Positions 18,305 through 29,200 of a stretch of 64,000 bases of DNA are shown one piece after another (within the stretch, counting starts at the first letter, position 1; the number at the start of each line of letters is the position of its first letter). The DNA lies in assembly GCA_964552325.1 (NCBI GenBank), contig CAZKHA010000003.1:671-64670 (forward strand). Reading direction: 5' to 3'. Origin of the DNA: an uncultured Bacteroidales bacterium. Lineage in GTDB: Bacteria > Bacteroidota > Bacteroidia > Bacteroidales > TTA-H9. The notes under the pieces were generated by a model. The model was not told the DNA's origin, did not search any database, and was given only the letters and a program-made list of their open reading frames with translations. The position numbers and the translations under genes are program-made.

Positions 18305-20014
18305 ATGACTGACCTTAACACCCTCAAGAAGCTTTTTCTTGAATTATATCCTAATGAAGGGATTGAAAAGATTGATCAATTCTTGAGCGAGATAGAAACC
18401 ATCAGAACACAATTTCCTATCGTCAATACGGATACAGAATGGTATAAAGATGCCGTTGTTTATTCGTTGTATGTCGATTTGTTTAACAGTGATTTTCAAG
18501 GCTTAATCGAAAAGTTGCCCTATTTAGAGAACTTGGGTGTCACCTGCCTTTGGTTATTGCCTATTCTTGATTCGCCCATGCGCGATGCTGGCTTCGATAT
18601 CCGGAATTATGACCGTATCAGGCGTGAGTTGTTCGGTTTACCCCAATCGGCAGATATTGAAGAGGAAAGAGAACTGTTTCGTAAGTTTTTGAACAAGGCG
18701 CATGCACATGGCATCAAGGTGATTTTTGATATTGCCATGAATCATACCAGCAATACGAATCCATGGTTTTTAGAAGCCAAAAAAGGCCCTGGCAATCCAT
18801 ACTATAATTACTTCATTTGGAATAAAGATACCAATAAATATACAGAAACCCGCTTGTTATTCAAGGGAATGTGCCCAAGCAATTGGGAGCCTTGTGGTGA
18901 TGAATACTATTTCCATCGTTTTTTTGAGTTCCAGCCCGATTTGAATTATCGCAACCCCGAGGTTTTACTTGCTATGGGCCGTATTTTGCTGTTTTGGCTT
19001 TCGCAAGGCGTTGATGGGTTTAGGGCCGATGCCATTCCATATATATGGAAAACAGAGGGAACTGATTGTGAAAATCTTCCTGAAGCCCATACCATAATTC
19101 GGTTTTGGCGAGCTATGCTTGATGCTGTAAAGCCTGGCACACTGCTACTTGCCGAAGCCTGCCAACCGCCCAACGAGGTTGTAAAATACTTTGGTGATGC
19201 CAACGAATGCCATGCTGGATATCATTTCCCACTCATGCCCCAGCTTTTTATTGCCATGGGCAAAGGCGATGCACAGCCCATAAAAGATGTTCTAAGCCAT
19301 GCCATCACTCCCGAAATACCATCCGCTTGCCAGTGGTTTACGTTCCTGCGTTGCCACGATGAGCTCACGCTTGAAATGGTTACTCCCGAAGAACGTGTGG
19401 TTATGAATACTTTATACCGCCACGATGACCGATGGAATTTTAGGGAGGGCGAAGGAATAGCAGCGCGTCTTTCGAATTTGATGAAGTTTGATGAACGCAG
19501 AGTGTTGCTGGCTTTCTCTATTATGCTGAGTCTTCCTGGTACACCTGTGTTGTACTATGGCGATGAGTTTGGTAAACAGAATGATGAATCGTATTTTGAT
19601 AAAGTTTCATCTGAAACTGGTTATAGCGATACTCGCTACTTTGTTCGTGGCCCAGTTGATTGGGACCTGACCAATAAAAGACTTGCCGATCCATCCACTT
19701 TTGAAGCAAAGGTATTTTTTGGACTTAAGAAAATGTTATCTGTTCGTAAAGATTGGTTGGCATTTGGGCGCGGGGGACTTGAATTTATGGAAGTTAAATC
19801 TACTTCAGGCGGCCAAACAAATGGTGTTTTAGCCTTTATTAGGAAATACAATAATGAGAAACTATTGTTAGTTCATAACTTGACAGACAAGCCTGTTGAA
19901 GTTGATCTTTCAGCCTATCTTTCTAGTGATCCAACGTATTTAATTCATTCAAATTTGGGTAATTATTCAAAATATAAGCTTGAACCGTTTATGTACAACT
20001 GGTTAGCGATATGA
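18305..20014 (+). CDS. treS: Trehalose synthase-like GH13 (maltose alpha-D-glucosyltransferase)
   Basis: EWYKDAVVYSLYV, LLPILDSPMRDAGFDIRNY, FDIAMNHTS, FQPDLNYRNPEV, VDGFRADAIPYIWKTEGTDCENLPE, LLAEA and FLRCHDELTLE all parallel characterised TreS enzymes. ATG at 18305 is preferred (-7 box at 18275-18282). Confidence 0.75.
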   Translation: MTDLNTLKKLFLELYPNEGIEKIDQFLSEIETIRTQFPIVNTDTEWYKDAVVYSLYVDLFNSDFQGLIEKLPYLENLGVTCLWLLPILDSPMRDAGFDIRNYDRIRRELFGLPQSADIEEERELFRKFLNKAHAHGIKVIFDIAMNHTSNTNPWFLEAKKGPGNPYYNYFIWNKDTNKYTETRLLFKGMCPSNWEPCGDEYYFHRFFEFQPDLNYRNPEVLLAMGRILLFWLSQGVDGFRADAIPYIWKTEGTDCENLPEAHTIIRFWRAMLDAVKPGTLLLAEACQPPNEVVKYFGDANECHAGYHFPLMPQLFIAMGKGDAQPIKDVLSHAITPEIPSACQWFTFLRCHDELTLEMVTPEERVVMNTLYRHDDRWNFREGEGIAARLSNLMKFDERRVLLAFSIMLSLPGTPVLYYGDEFGKQNDESYFDKVSSETGYSDTRYFVRGPVDWDLTNKRLADPSTFEAKVFFGLKKMLSVRKDWLAFGRGGLEFMEVKSTSGGQTNGVLAFIRKYNNEKLLLVHNLTDKPVEVDLSAYLSSDPTYLIHSNLGNYSKYKLEPFMYNWLAI

Positions 20015-21279
20015 GCGATCAAAACGTACTAATGCTTTTGCCCGAAGCTTTCGGGGAGCTAAACGAGAAGGATTTAGCCCTTATCCGATCCATGGAAGAC
20101 GCAATCATTCGGCAGCGTAGTCTTCCTGAGTTAATGGATACCATTTGGGAATTGACAATCAATATTATACCACACGACCGTATTGGACTGGCCTTTATTG
20201 ATGATGACCAACAACGTATTGTAGCTCAATATTCAAAGTCGGTTTACAGTCCACTGCTACTCGAGGGTGGTTTTTCATCCGGATTGGCTAACTCAACCTT
20301 ACAACCCATGCTCGAAACGGGTATGGGGCGCATAATCAATAATCTAGAAGAATATTTTTCATCTAACCCTGATTCTGTTTCAACGCAACTATTAGTCCTA
20401 GAAGGTGTCAGAAGCAATCTAACCTTGCCTTTGCGTGTAGATGGAAGGCATATTGGATTTGTGTTTTTCAGTTCACGCCAAACATCCGCTTTTTGTATGC
20501 GGCATGGTGCATTGTTGTTCGCTTTGCTTCAAGTTATGTCGGCTGGAATTGAGAAAGCCTGGCTAATCAATAGGTTACAACAAGCTAATCTTGATTATTC
20601 TACTTTAATGGGATTTGTTTCGCATGAGTTAAAAAGTCCTCTTTCAACCATGATGATGCTTGGCCATACCTATGTTGAAGGATATTTGGGCCCTGTAGAT
20701 CCTTTAGCTGAGGATACGGTAAACAAAATGCTTCGTATATCAGGTTATTTGGTTAATATGATTTCCAATTATTTAGGGCTATCGAGCTTAGAATCGGGTG
20801 AATTGAAATATGCCCCACTGCTCAATGTTGATTTTGAAGATGATGTGTTAAATTTTTCCATTGAAACAATCCAAGCCCGCATTAAAGAACATCAAGTTAG
20901 CCTTAATGTTGAAAGCAGTGGAGAAAAGTTTATTTTAGATGCTGATTCAGAATTACTTAGATTGGTTGTTGTGAACCTGCTCGACAACGCGGTAAAATAT
21001 GGCGAAAAGAACTCGCTTGTCCATATCACCTGTGAATATACCCAAGCCAGTTTCGTTTTTAAGGTTCGCAATAAAGGTGTTGGGTTTACCAAAGAACAAT
21101 CGCTTAAATTATTCAAGCGCTTCAGCCGACTTCGCCAAAAAGGCCTTGAAGATAGAAAAGGAAGCGGTTTGGGGCTTTACCTAAGCTGGTGGATAATCCA
21201 AAAGCATAAAGGTAAGATATATGCTAATTCACAACCTGGTGAGTGGGCTGAATTTTCTTTTGAATTGCCTGTATTTTAA
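20011..21279 (+). CDS. Cytoplasmic GAF-domain sensor histidine kinase
   Basis: No TM segments. GAF-like N-terminal half. H-box SHELKSPLST. HATPase boxes DNAVKYG and GSGLGLYLS. The start codon overlaps the treS stop (ATGA at 20011-20014). Confidence 0.85.
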   Translation: MSDQNVLMLLPEAFGELNEKDLALIRSMEDAIIRQRSLPELMDTIWELTINIIPHDRIGLAFIDDDQQRIVAQYSKSVYSPLLLEGGFSSGLANSTLQPMLETGMGRIINNLEEYFSSNPDSVSTQLLVLEGVRSNLTLPLRVDGRHIGFVFFSSRQTSAFCMRHGALLFALLQVMSAGIEKAWLINRLQQANLDYSTLMGFVSHELKSPLSTMMMLGHTYVEGYLGPVDPLAEDTVNKMLRISGYLVNMISNYLGLSSLESGELKYAPLLNVDFEDDVLNFSIETIQARIKEHQVSLNVESSGEKFILDADSELLRLVVVNLLDNAVKYGEKNSLVHITCEYTQASFVFKVRNKGVGFTKEQSLKLFKRFSRLRQKGLEDRKGSGLGLYLSWWIIQKHKGKIYANSQPGEWAEFSFELPVF

Positions 21280-21365
21280 TATTTTAAGACTATAGTGGCT
21301 GAAATGTAAAGAACCATAATCAGCTAATTTTGCTTTCAGATTTGGAAATATGATTGTTTTTTAAA

Positions 21366-21373
21366 TAATTTTG
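21366..21373 (+). promoter_or_regulatory. Candidate -7 box (TAATTTTG) for the geranylgeranyl-reductase-like gene
   Basis: TAnnTTTG match, 21 nt before the ATG at 21394. Confidence 0.45.
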
Positions 21374-21393
21374 GCTTTTCTAAACTATCAACC

Positions 21394-22626
21394 ATGCCCG
21401 ATGACCTAGCTGATGTGATAATTGTTGGGGCTGGCCCCGCCGGAGTTGCTTGTGCTTTGGGTTTGGCTGGTTCGGGCCTCAATGTTTTATTGCTTGACAA
21501 AGATCAATTCCCACGTGAAAAAGTATGTGGTGGTGGGTTATGGTTACGTTCAGTACGGGTACTCAATGACTTACTGCCCAATGTTGGCTCTAATTTACAG
21601 TCATATAGCAATAAAACGGCGCTTTGTGGTATTTCGGTATGTACTCCCGAGGGTTCAAATTTTGTTTATAAATCCAATTTTCAAGGCGAGGAACGCAAAA
21701 CCTTGGGCTACACGGTAAACCGTGATGATTTTGATGAATGGATGGTAAATCAAGCAACCAAGGCATCTGAAATAAGGTTTTTTCCCACTTCACAAGTTAC
21801 CGAGGTTAAATCAACTAATTCGGGTATTCGGGTACTAGGCGAAGGGTTTGATTATCAGGCGAAGATGCTTGTTTTTGCGGATGGGGCTCAGGCTTTAGCC
21901 TCAAGTGGGCTAAGTGGAACGCAATTCAACCGTACAGCCGATGCCTTAGCTATTAGGGCCTATTTTAGGGGTGTAAACATGATTTCAGACGACAAAGTTT
22001 TGGAATTCTGTTTTTTAAAAGAAGTTTATCCAGGTTATTTGTGGCTCTTTCCGCTTAACGACGACACGGTAAACGTTGGACTATATCTACCATTAAAGTA
22101 TCTCGGTAAACAAAAGGCAAACCTAAAAAATGCCTTATTTGAGCTTATTCAAGAAAATTCATCGCTGGCATGCCGTTTTCAGGATGCAACCTTAGTTGGA
22201 AGCATACGCGGGGGTTTGCTTCCTTTGGGCAAAAGCAAGGTAGTGCTATCAGGTGATCGCTATCTTATTGCTGGTGATGCCGCTTCGTTGGTAGATCCTC
22301 TTGGCGGCGAAGGAATTGGCAATGCCCTTTATAGTGGACAACTCGCTGCAGCTCATATCTTGAAATGTTTTGATGCTGGTAATTTCTCAGCTACTTTCAA
22401 CCAAGCTTACGATCAGCAAATCCATAAATCTATTCTCAACGACTTTGGCTTCAGGCATTGGCTAATTGGATTTATGAAAAAACACCCCAGCCTGTTCAAT
22501 TACAGCGTAAAAAAGGTTAGTTCAAACATGGCATTTCGCAAAATGCTTGCCAATGCATTGGCTTCAGGCGAAATCAGAAAGGAAATGATGTCGTTTCGCT
22601 TCTTCAAGAATATGTTAGTTAAATAG
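21394..22626 (+). CDS. FAD-dependent oxidoreductase, geranylgeranyl reductase family
   Basis: VIIVGAGPAGVACALGLAGSGLNVLLLDK...EKVCGGGL dinucleotide fold. GDAASLVDPLGGEGI second FAD motif. Confidence 0.75.
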   Translation: MPDDLADVIIVGAGPAGVACALGLAGSGLNVLLLDKDQFPREKVCGGGLWLRSVRVLNDLLPNVGSNLQSYSNKTALCGISVCTPEGSNFVYKSNFQGEERKTLGYTVNRDDFDEWMVNQATKASEIRFFPTSQVTEVKSTNSGIRVLGEGFDYQAKMLVFADGAQALASSGLSGTQFNRTADALAIRAYFRGVNMISDDKVLEFCFLKEVYPGYLWLFPLNDDTVNVGLYLPLKYLGKQKANLKNALFELIQENSSLACRFQDATLVGSIRGGLLPLGKSKVVLSGDRYLIAGDAASLVDPLGGEGIGNALYSGQLAAAHILKCFDAGNFSATFNQAYDQQIHKSILNDFGFRHWLIGFMKKHPSLFNYSVKKVSSNMAFRKMLANALASGEIRKEMMSFRFFKNMLVK

Positions 22627-22631
22627 TTTTG
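22624..22631 (+). promoter_or_regulatory. Candidate -7 box (TAGTTTTG) for the DUF2851 gene
   Basis: TAnnTTTG match overlapping the upstream stop codon, 31 nt before the ATG at 22662. Confidence 0.4.
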
Positions 22632-22661
22632 ACGTTATTCGGTTTGTTAAATCAATAGATT

Positions 22662-23927
22662 ATGAACGAAGCATTTATAAGCTATTTGTGGTACAATAGG
22701 TTGCTTAAACCGCCCTTATTAACCATCGAAGGACAAGCTATCCAAATTATTAGCCCGGGAGAACCAAATTCAGATGCTGGACCAGATTTTGCCAATGCGC
22801 GTCTTAAAATAGGTGATGAGCTATGGGCTGGCAATGTTGAGATACATGTTCGCGAGTCGGATTGGTACAAGCATAATCATGCAGATGTTGAGGATTATAA
22901 AACAATAATCCTCCACGTGGTACATGATTGTGATGTGTTGGATACTGCTTTAGGCCATTTTCCGACCCTGAAAATAAAAGATTGCTACGACCCGCAACTT
23001 TATTTTAAGTATGAAGCTTTTATGTATGCCAAAACATGGATACCCTGTGCCGCTTCGTTTGCAATGAGTTCAAGTATAGCGAGGCTAAGTATGGCCGAGA
23101 AGTGTATTTACGAGCGTATTCACCGCAAAGCTTCTGAAATTGAAAAGCTTGTTTCTTTTACAATCAATAATCAAGAAGAATCATTCTATATATTATTAGC
23201 ACGGTGTTTTGGGCTAAAAATTAATAGCCAAGCCTTTGAAATGCTTGCCCGCTCTTTGCCACTGAAAATACTATTGAAGCATCGCAATCAGTTGAACCAA
23301 CTAGAAGCGCTGCTGTTTGGCCAATCTGGTTTATTGGCGAATGATCCACGCGATGAGTATGAATATGAGCTAAAGAGGGAATATTCTTTTTTGCGCAAAA
23401 AGTATAACCTTGTGCCTATTCCATCGCACTTATGGAAGTTTATGCGTTTAATGCCCGCTTCGTTTCCAACTATCCGTATTGCCCAATTTGCAAGTTTGCT
23501 ACATAGCACTTCCCATTTATTGGCAAAGGTTCTCGCCTGCGATACAGCAGAAACCATTGTTGAGGCCTTACGGTGCGTAGCTTCACCTTACTGGGATACG
23601 CACTACCATTTTGGCGTACTTGCGAAAGAACACGTTAAAAAGCCAAGTGATGATTTTTATAATTTGTTGATAATTAATGCTATAGTTCCTTATTTGTTTT
23701 TGCAGGGCAACGTATTCGACAATCATGAACTTAAAGAAAAAGCCATTAGATTGCTAGAACACATTGCTGCAGAGAATAATGCAATAACACGTGCTTGGAA
23801 AGATTTGGGTTTAGAGTTAAAAGATGCATTTAATAGTCAGGCCTTTAATGAGTTAAAAACGAAATATTGCAATCAAAAGCGGTGCTTGGAATGTAGGATA
23901 GGGCATAACATTTTAGGTAAAGATTAG
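22662..23927 (+). CDS. DUF2851 family protein
   Basis: The N-terminus (ISYLWYNRLL...GEPNSDAGPDFANARLKIGDELWAGNVEIHVRESDWYKHNH) and C-terminal CxxC (KRCLECRIG) fit my recollection of the Bacteroidota DUF2851 family. Confidence 0.55.
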   Translation: MNEAFISYLWYNRLLKPPLLTIEGQAIQIISPGEPNSDAGPDFANARLKIGDELWAGNVEIHVRESDWYKHNHADVEDYKTIILHVVHDCDVLDTALGHFPTLKIKDCYDPQLYFKYEAFMYAKTWIPCAASFAMSSSIARLSMAEKCIYERIHRKASEIEKLVSFTINNQEESFYILLARCFGLKINSQAFEMLARSLPLKILLKHRNQLNQLEALLFGQSGLLANDPRDEYEYELKREYSFLRKKYNLVPIPSHLWKFMRLMPASFPTIRIAQFASLLHSTSHLLAKVLACDTAETIVEALRCVASPYWDTHYHFGVLAKEHVKKPSDDFYNLLIINAIVPYLFLQGNVFDNHELKEKAIRLLEHIAAENNAITRAWKDLGLELKDAFNSQAFNELKTKYCNQKRCLECRIGHNILGKD

Positions 23928-23995
23928 TGGAGCACATTTTTTTTATAATTTAGGTGTCTCAAATCACTAGCTGTTTTTAACCAAAATCTGGTTCT

Positions 23996-25837
23996 ATGAA
24001 ACAAAATAAAATTGTAAATGCTGTTGCTACCGAAGCATGGGGCTCAAGGGTAGGCCTTGTGTTGGCAATGGCCGGCAATGCCGTTGGTTTTGGAAACTTC
24101 CTTCGTTTTCCGGTACAGGCAGTCCAAAATGGTGGGGGGGCATTTATTATACCTTATTTGGTCAGTTTGGTCATTTTAGGTCTTCCTCTATTGTTAATTG
24201 AATGGTCATCAGGACGTTATGGTGGGCAATTCGGTCATCATTCCACGCCCTTTATCATGCATAGTCTAAGCAAAAAAGCAATCTGGAAGTATGTTGGGGT
24301 TTTTGGTTTGTTCTGCAATATCGCCATTGCGGCCTATTATTGCTATATGGAAAGCTGGACAATGTCGTATATGTATCATTCAATAGTAGGCACTTTCGAT
24401 GGTATGTCGCAATATCAAGTTGCCAATTTTTTCGAGGGTTATGTTGACATCACTCATTCTACCTCCGGCATTCCTTACGAGGCTGTAGTGTTTTTTGTAT
24501 TGTGTATAGCTCTTAATACGTGGATATTAAGCAAAGGACTAAGCGGTGGAGTTGAAAAAGCTGCCAAAATTGGGGTTCCTTTGCTGATAGTGTTCGGTAT
24601 CTTCCTTGCATATAAGGGCGTAACATTAAAGTCGGGCATCGATGGGGCTAAGTTTGATGGTACCTTGGGGCTCTCTTTTTTATGGACACCTGAATACAGC
24701 TCACTAACAAACCCTAAAGTATGGCTTGCTGCTGCCGGCCAGATTTTTTTCACCCTATCGGTAGGCATGGGATCCATACAGTGTTATGCATCTTATCTTA
24801 AGAAGAACGAAGATATAGCCTGCAACGCCATGTCAGCAGGGTTTATGAATGAATTTGTTGAGATAGTGCTTGGTAGCTCTATCATTATACCAATTGCCAT
24901 TGGCTATTTAGGTATTGAAAAGGTAACGGATTTAGTTGGCTTGGGCGGTTTAGGACTCGCATTTAAAACCATGCCTTATTTATTTGCGCAATGGGGAGCT
25001 ATTTTATCAGCACTGGCTGGGGTTGCCTTTTTTGGGCTATTGTTTTTTGCCGGAATTACCAGTTCATTGGCTATGGGCACTCCTATAATGGGTTTTTTAA
25101 AGGACGAGTTTAAATGGGGTCAAAAATCTTCTGCATTAGCATTCGGAATTATCGTATTGTTGTTAGGCTTGCCTACCGTGCTGTTTTTCAACATGGGCGT
25201 TTTTGATGAGTACGATTATTGGGCTGGTACAGTGTCATTATTTGTTTTTGCAATGCTCGAAGCTATTGCTTTTGCATGGTTTTTTGGAGTTGATAAAGGA
25301 TGGAAAGAGATAACAAGGGGTGCAGATATTAAGCTCCCGATTGTATTCAAGTTTTTACTGAAGTATGTAACTCCAGTAGTGCTTATTGTTGTTTTTGTTG
25401 CCTCGCTTATACGCCCAGCCAATGATGATTGGTCTCAAATTAGTTTTAGAGGCTGGCCGGTTCATGAAGGAAGCATTATTGGACAGATTACACATAAGGG
25501 CATTGGCCCTAATAAAACGTATTTTTCTGATACTTTTTTCGCTGAAAACAAAGGGATTGTTGATTCGATTTATACGGATAGAAACCAAGGCTTTGTTAGG
25601 GTAACACCCGAAGGTAAAGAAGGAACGTTGGGTAAAGTGTACAATACAAAGAAGTACGAAGTACAAGTTACTGTAGGGCAACGCGTTGATGTTGGTCAAC
25701 CATTATACAAAGGTGAAATCACTAATCGCATTTTTTACCTCGATTTATCTCGGATTGGGCTTTTACTTGTGTTTGCCATTATCTCGCTATTGGTTTACAT
25801 TGCATATCATAAGCGTAAGCGCGAAGGCACTATTTAA
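23996..25837 (+). CDS. Neurotransmitter:sodium symporter (NSS/SLC6) family transporter
   Basis: NSS signature WGSRVGLVLAMAGNAVGFGNFLRFP. Polytopic membrane protein of 613 aa with an extra C-terminal soluble segment and a final TM. Confidence 0.85.
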   Translation: MKQNKIVNAVATEAWGSRVGLVLAMAGNAVGFGNFLRFPVQAVQNGGGAFIIPYLVSLVILGLPLLLIEWSSGRYGGQFGHHSTPFIMHSLSKKAIWKYVGVFGLFCNIAIAAYYCYMESWTMSYMYHSIVGTFDGMSQYQVANFFEGYVDITHSTSGIPYEAVVFFVLCIALNTWILSKGLSGGVEKAAKIGVPLLIVFGIFLAYKGVTLKSGIDGAKFDGTLGLSFLWTPEYSSLTNPKVWLAAAGQIFFTLSVGMGSIQCYASYLKKNEDIACNAMSAGFMNEFVEIVLGSSIIIPIAIGYLGIEKVTDLVGLGGLGLAFKTMPYLFAQWGAILSALAGVAFFGLLFFAGITSSLAMGTPIMGFLKDEFKWGQKSSALAFGIIVLLLGLPTVLFFNMGVFDEYDYWAGTVSLFVFAMLEAIAFAWFFGVDKGWKEITRGADIKLPIVFKFLLKYVTPVVLIVVFVASLIRPANDDWSQISFRGWPVHEGSIIGQITHKGIGPNKTYFSDTFFAENKGIVDSIYTDRNQGFVRVTPEGKEGTLGKVYNTKKYEVQVTVGQRVDVGQPLYKGEITNRIFYLDLSRIGLLLVFAIISLLVYIAYHKRKREGTI

Positions 25838-25878
25838 GTTATTGTTTTGTTGTTTATTATGATTAACTCAGTTTGTAT

Positions 25879-26019
25879 ATGAATACCTCAGCACTCATCC
25901 TCATTATACTAGTATGGTCAATCGTAACCGGTTTGACAGGCTATTTTTTTTATGTGGTTTTAAAAGCTCCTCCCAAACCTGAGCCCGATAGTTTTACGGA
26001 TAACGACCCTGAAGAATAA
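25879..26019 (+). CDS. 46-aa single-TM micro-protein, probable MetS-like NSS transporter small subunit (not in ORF track)
   Basis: ATG 25879 to TAA 26017-26019 encodes MNTSALILIILVWSIVTGLTGYFFYVVLKAPPKPEPDSFTDNDPEE. That is one TM helix plus an acidic tail. It starts 42 nt after the NSS transporter stop on the same strand. Confidence 0.5.
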   Translation: MNTSALILIILVWSIVTGLTGYFFYVVLKAPPKPEPDSFTDNDPEE

Positions 26020-26240
26020 CTTAGTATTCTTTCTTCTTATCAATTTGACTTATAATGGACTACGATTGAATTGACTTTTTAGCGGCAAGTCTATATTGGT
26101 GTTGTTTTGATGTTTAGCTAGGCAAATCGCTACTTGGCAATTCTTACAATGAATTTGCAAGGCAAGTATCGAAAAGTAGGCTTACTAGATTCGGTTATGA
26201 ATTTTTCGGTTTAGTTAGTCTTTTTCCGATGAGGCTTACA

Positions 26241-29200
26241 TTATCCCCTGTCAACAGACCTTAGGTATTTGCTGATTTTATAATTTAACTCACTGGGATT
26301 AAATGGTTTGGTAATAAAATCGTCCATTCCGGTAGCCTTTATGTTGTTTTTTACTTCAATTAAAGCCGATGCCGTTAAAGCAATGATTGGAACATGTGCT
26401 AAACCGTTCTTGTTTTCATAATCCCGTATTATGTTGGTAGCTTTGTAGCCATCAAGTTCTGGCATTTGTAAGTCCATTAAAACCAGTTTATAATCCTTTG
26501 TTTGGACTAAGTCAACAGCAATTTTACCATTCTCGGCAGTTTCAACGTTCAAATTCCATTTGGTCAAGAATTTTTTGGCAACAATCAAGTTTATTTGATT
26601 GTCGTCAACCACAAGTACCGTTTCACCATTAAAGAATGAGAAGGTTTCGGGTAGGTTCTCTTGGTTGGCATCGTTTGTTTTATCGCTAATGCGGTAGTTA
26701 AGATGAACAGTAAAAGTTGCTCCACGGTTTAACACACTATCTACGTATATTCTACCACCTTGCAATTCAACAAGCTTTTTGGTAATGGATAGCCCAAGGC
26801 CTGTACCGCCAAATTTCCGGGTAATTTCCAGGCTAGCTTGCGTAAAGCTATCAAAAATGCTCGAAATCTTGTCGCTTGCAATTCCTATGCCTGTATCAAT
26901 AATTTTGAATACCAAAGCGCAGTCGGTTGGGCTTTTACTTTTTACTTCAACCTTAATCGTAACTTGCCCTTTGTCTGTAAATTTTACTGCGTTGCCAGCC
27001 AAATTAAAGAGAATTTGGTTTAAGCGTGTAGGGTCACCAATTAAATACTCGGGTAATGCTGGGTCAATATCACTTATAACCTTAACTCCTTTTTCATCGG
27101 CTTTTACCTTAACAACCTGAATTACACTGTTTATTTTGTCTCTCAAGTCAAAATCGGCATCTTCAAAGGTTATTTTGCCAGCATCAATTTTGCTAAAGTC
27201 AAGGATATCATTTATTAAGGCCATAAGGTTTTCTGCCGAAAACTTAAGCGTTTGTAGGTTCTCAACTTGGTCGGGTTTTGGGTTTTCGTTGAGCAAAATA
27301 TAGGTCATTCCTATCACGGCATTCATCGGTGTACGTAGTTCATGACTCATGGTTGACAGGAATTGCGACTTAGCCATACCAAGTTTTTCGGCCTTTTCTT
27401 TAGCCAGAACCAATTCGTGGTTTGTTAGTTCTAATTCTTGGTTTTTGCTAAGGATGTAGTTATTCTGGTTGCTAATCTGTTTGTTCTGGTCGCTAATTTC
27501 TTTGGTACGTTCATAGATTATGCGTTCAAGTTTTGCTTGTTCTTTTTTAAGCTTTGTTCGTTGATACCGGAGCAATAGATAAATTGCACAAATTAAAATG
27601 CTAATAAACAGTGATATAACCCACCATTTTTCGAACCAAACACGTGTTACCCCAAAGCTAAAATCGGTTGGGCGGCTCCACGAAAAGTTGCCTTCTTTTT
27701 TGCATCTAATTTGCAATTTGTATTTACCTGTTTTAAAATCGGTTAGGTAGTACTCCACTTGATTCGTGCAGGCTTTCCATTCTGTGGTGTCTTTACCATT
27801 TAACTGTCTGATTTGGAAGCTAATGGCGCTACCAGGGTAGGAGGGGACATTTACTAAAATCTTAAGGATACTTTTATTATTAAAGCGGTACTTGTTTGTG
27901 GAATCAATTGATTTTCCGTTTCTTAGTATCCTCCAGAGCACTGGTTTTGGGGTAAGTACTGCAGGCAGGTTGTTGCCAGAATGTCCAAGCCCAGCAATAG
28001 TTCCTAGCCAGAGCTGATTGGTGCTATCAATAACTAAAGATCTATATGTACTTGTTTTAGAGGGTATTCCGTCTTTTTCTGAAAAAAAGTAGCGGTCTCC
28101 TTGAGCAACTTTTATAAGGCCTGTACTAGCAGTGGCCCATAAATCGCCATTTATATCAATAGCAATACTTTTTATCGTGCTCTCTGTTTCCAAGCCTAGA
28201 TCAATTCTTTCAAGTTGTTTACCATCAAATTTCAATACCCCGAATGTAGTGGCTAACAATATTTGGCCATCCTTATCAAAGCACATATCGTTAACTGCAA
28301 TTGGTACATTATGATTGAAAGGAAGCTTGGCGCTTAGATTTGTTAGTTTGTCGGTTTTGCTATCATAACTATATAAATAAGCATCATCAGAAGTGCCGCC
28401 AAAATAAAGGAGCTGGTTCTGAGGATGGTACTTAATACAGATAATTTTAGATTTTAATTGGTTGTTGAATGATGGAGCGCATTGTTTACCAGATTTATCC
28501 AAGTACCTTATGCCCTTTACTCCATCCTGACAGTACCATAGGCGGTGAAGATTGTCGGATTCCATAATAAAAATGGCTCCTTTCTGGCTTTGTGGAAACG
28601 TTTTTTTGATAACGCCATCAACCAATGCATAAATTACGCCTTCGCCATCGGCCAACCACAAGGTGTCGTGTATAGGCAAAAGTTTAAGTATGCTTGATTT
28701 AGGCGATGTATAGATTGTATGTATGTAGTGCTCGTTGTTTTTATGTTCAACTTGATAAACGGTGGTTCCGTTGCTTACAACCACAGCTCCATCCGGTTTA
28801 AGCCGTATATCTTGGATATAACCTAAAATATTGTTTTGCCCTAACGAGCAGAAAAACATTGCTTGCATCAATACCAAGCCGTTGTCAGTAGAAAGCCAAA
28901 GATTGTTTTCAAAGTCCTTGTTAATATGGTTCGCGTTGCTGAATTGAAATTCACTAATCCTATTAAAGCGGTATTCTGCGCTATCTGATTTGAGTTCATA
29001 AATACCATCTGACCAAGTAGTACCTATTATAGTTGAGCTGTTTAGCATCTCCAACCACGAAAATTCTATTTTAGCCAATATCAGTTTTGCATCAATTACA
29101 CCTTGCTTATTTGTAGTTAATCTGCTAAGTCCTTGATTACCACATACTAATATTTCACCTTGTTTGAAGCTTGCAGCATAATGGAATTTGGTATCGGTAA

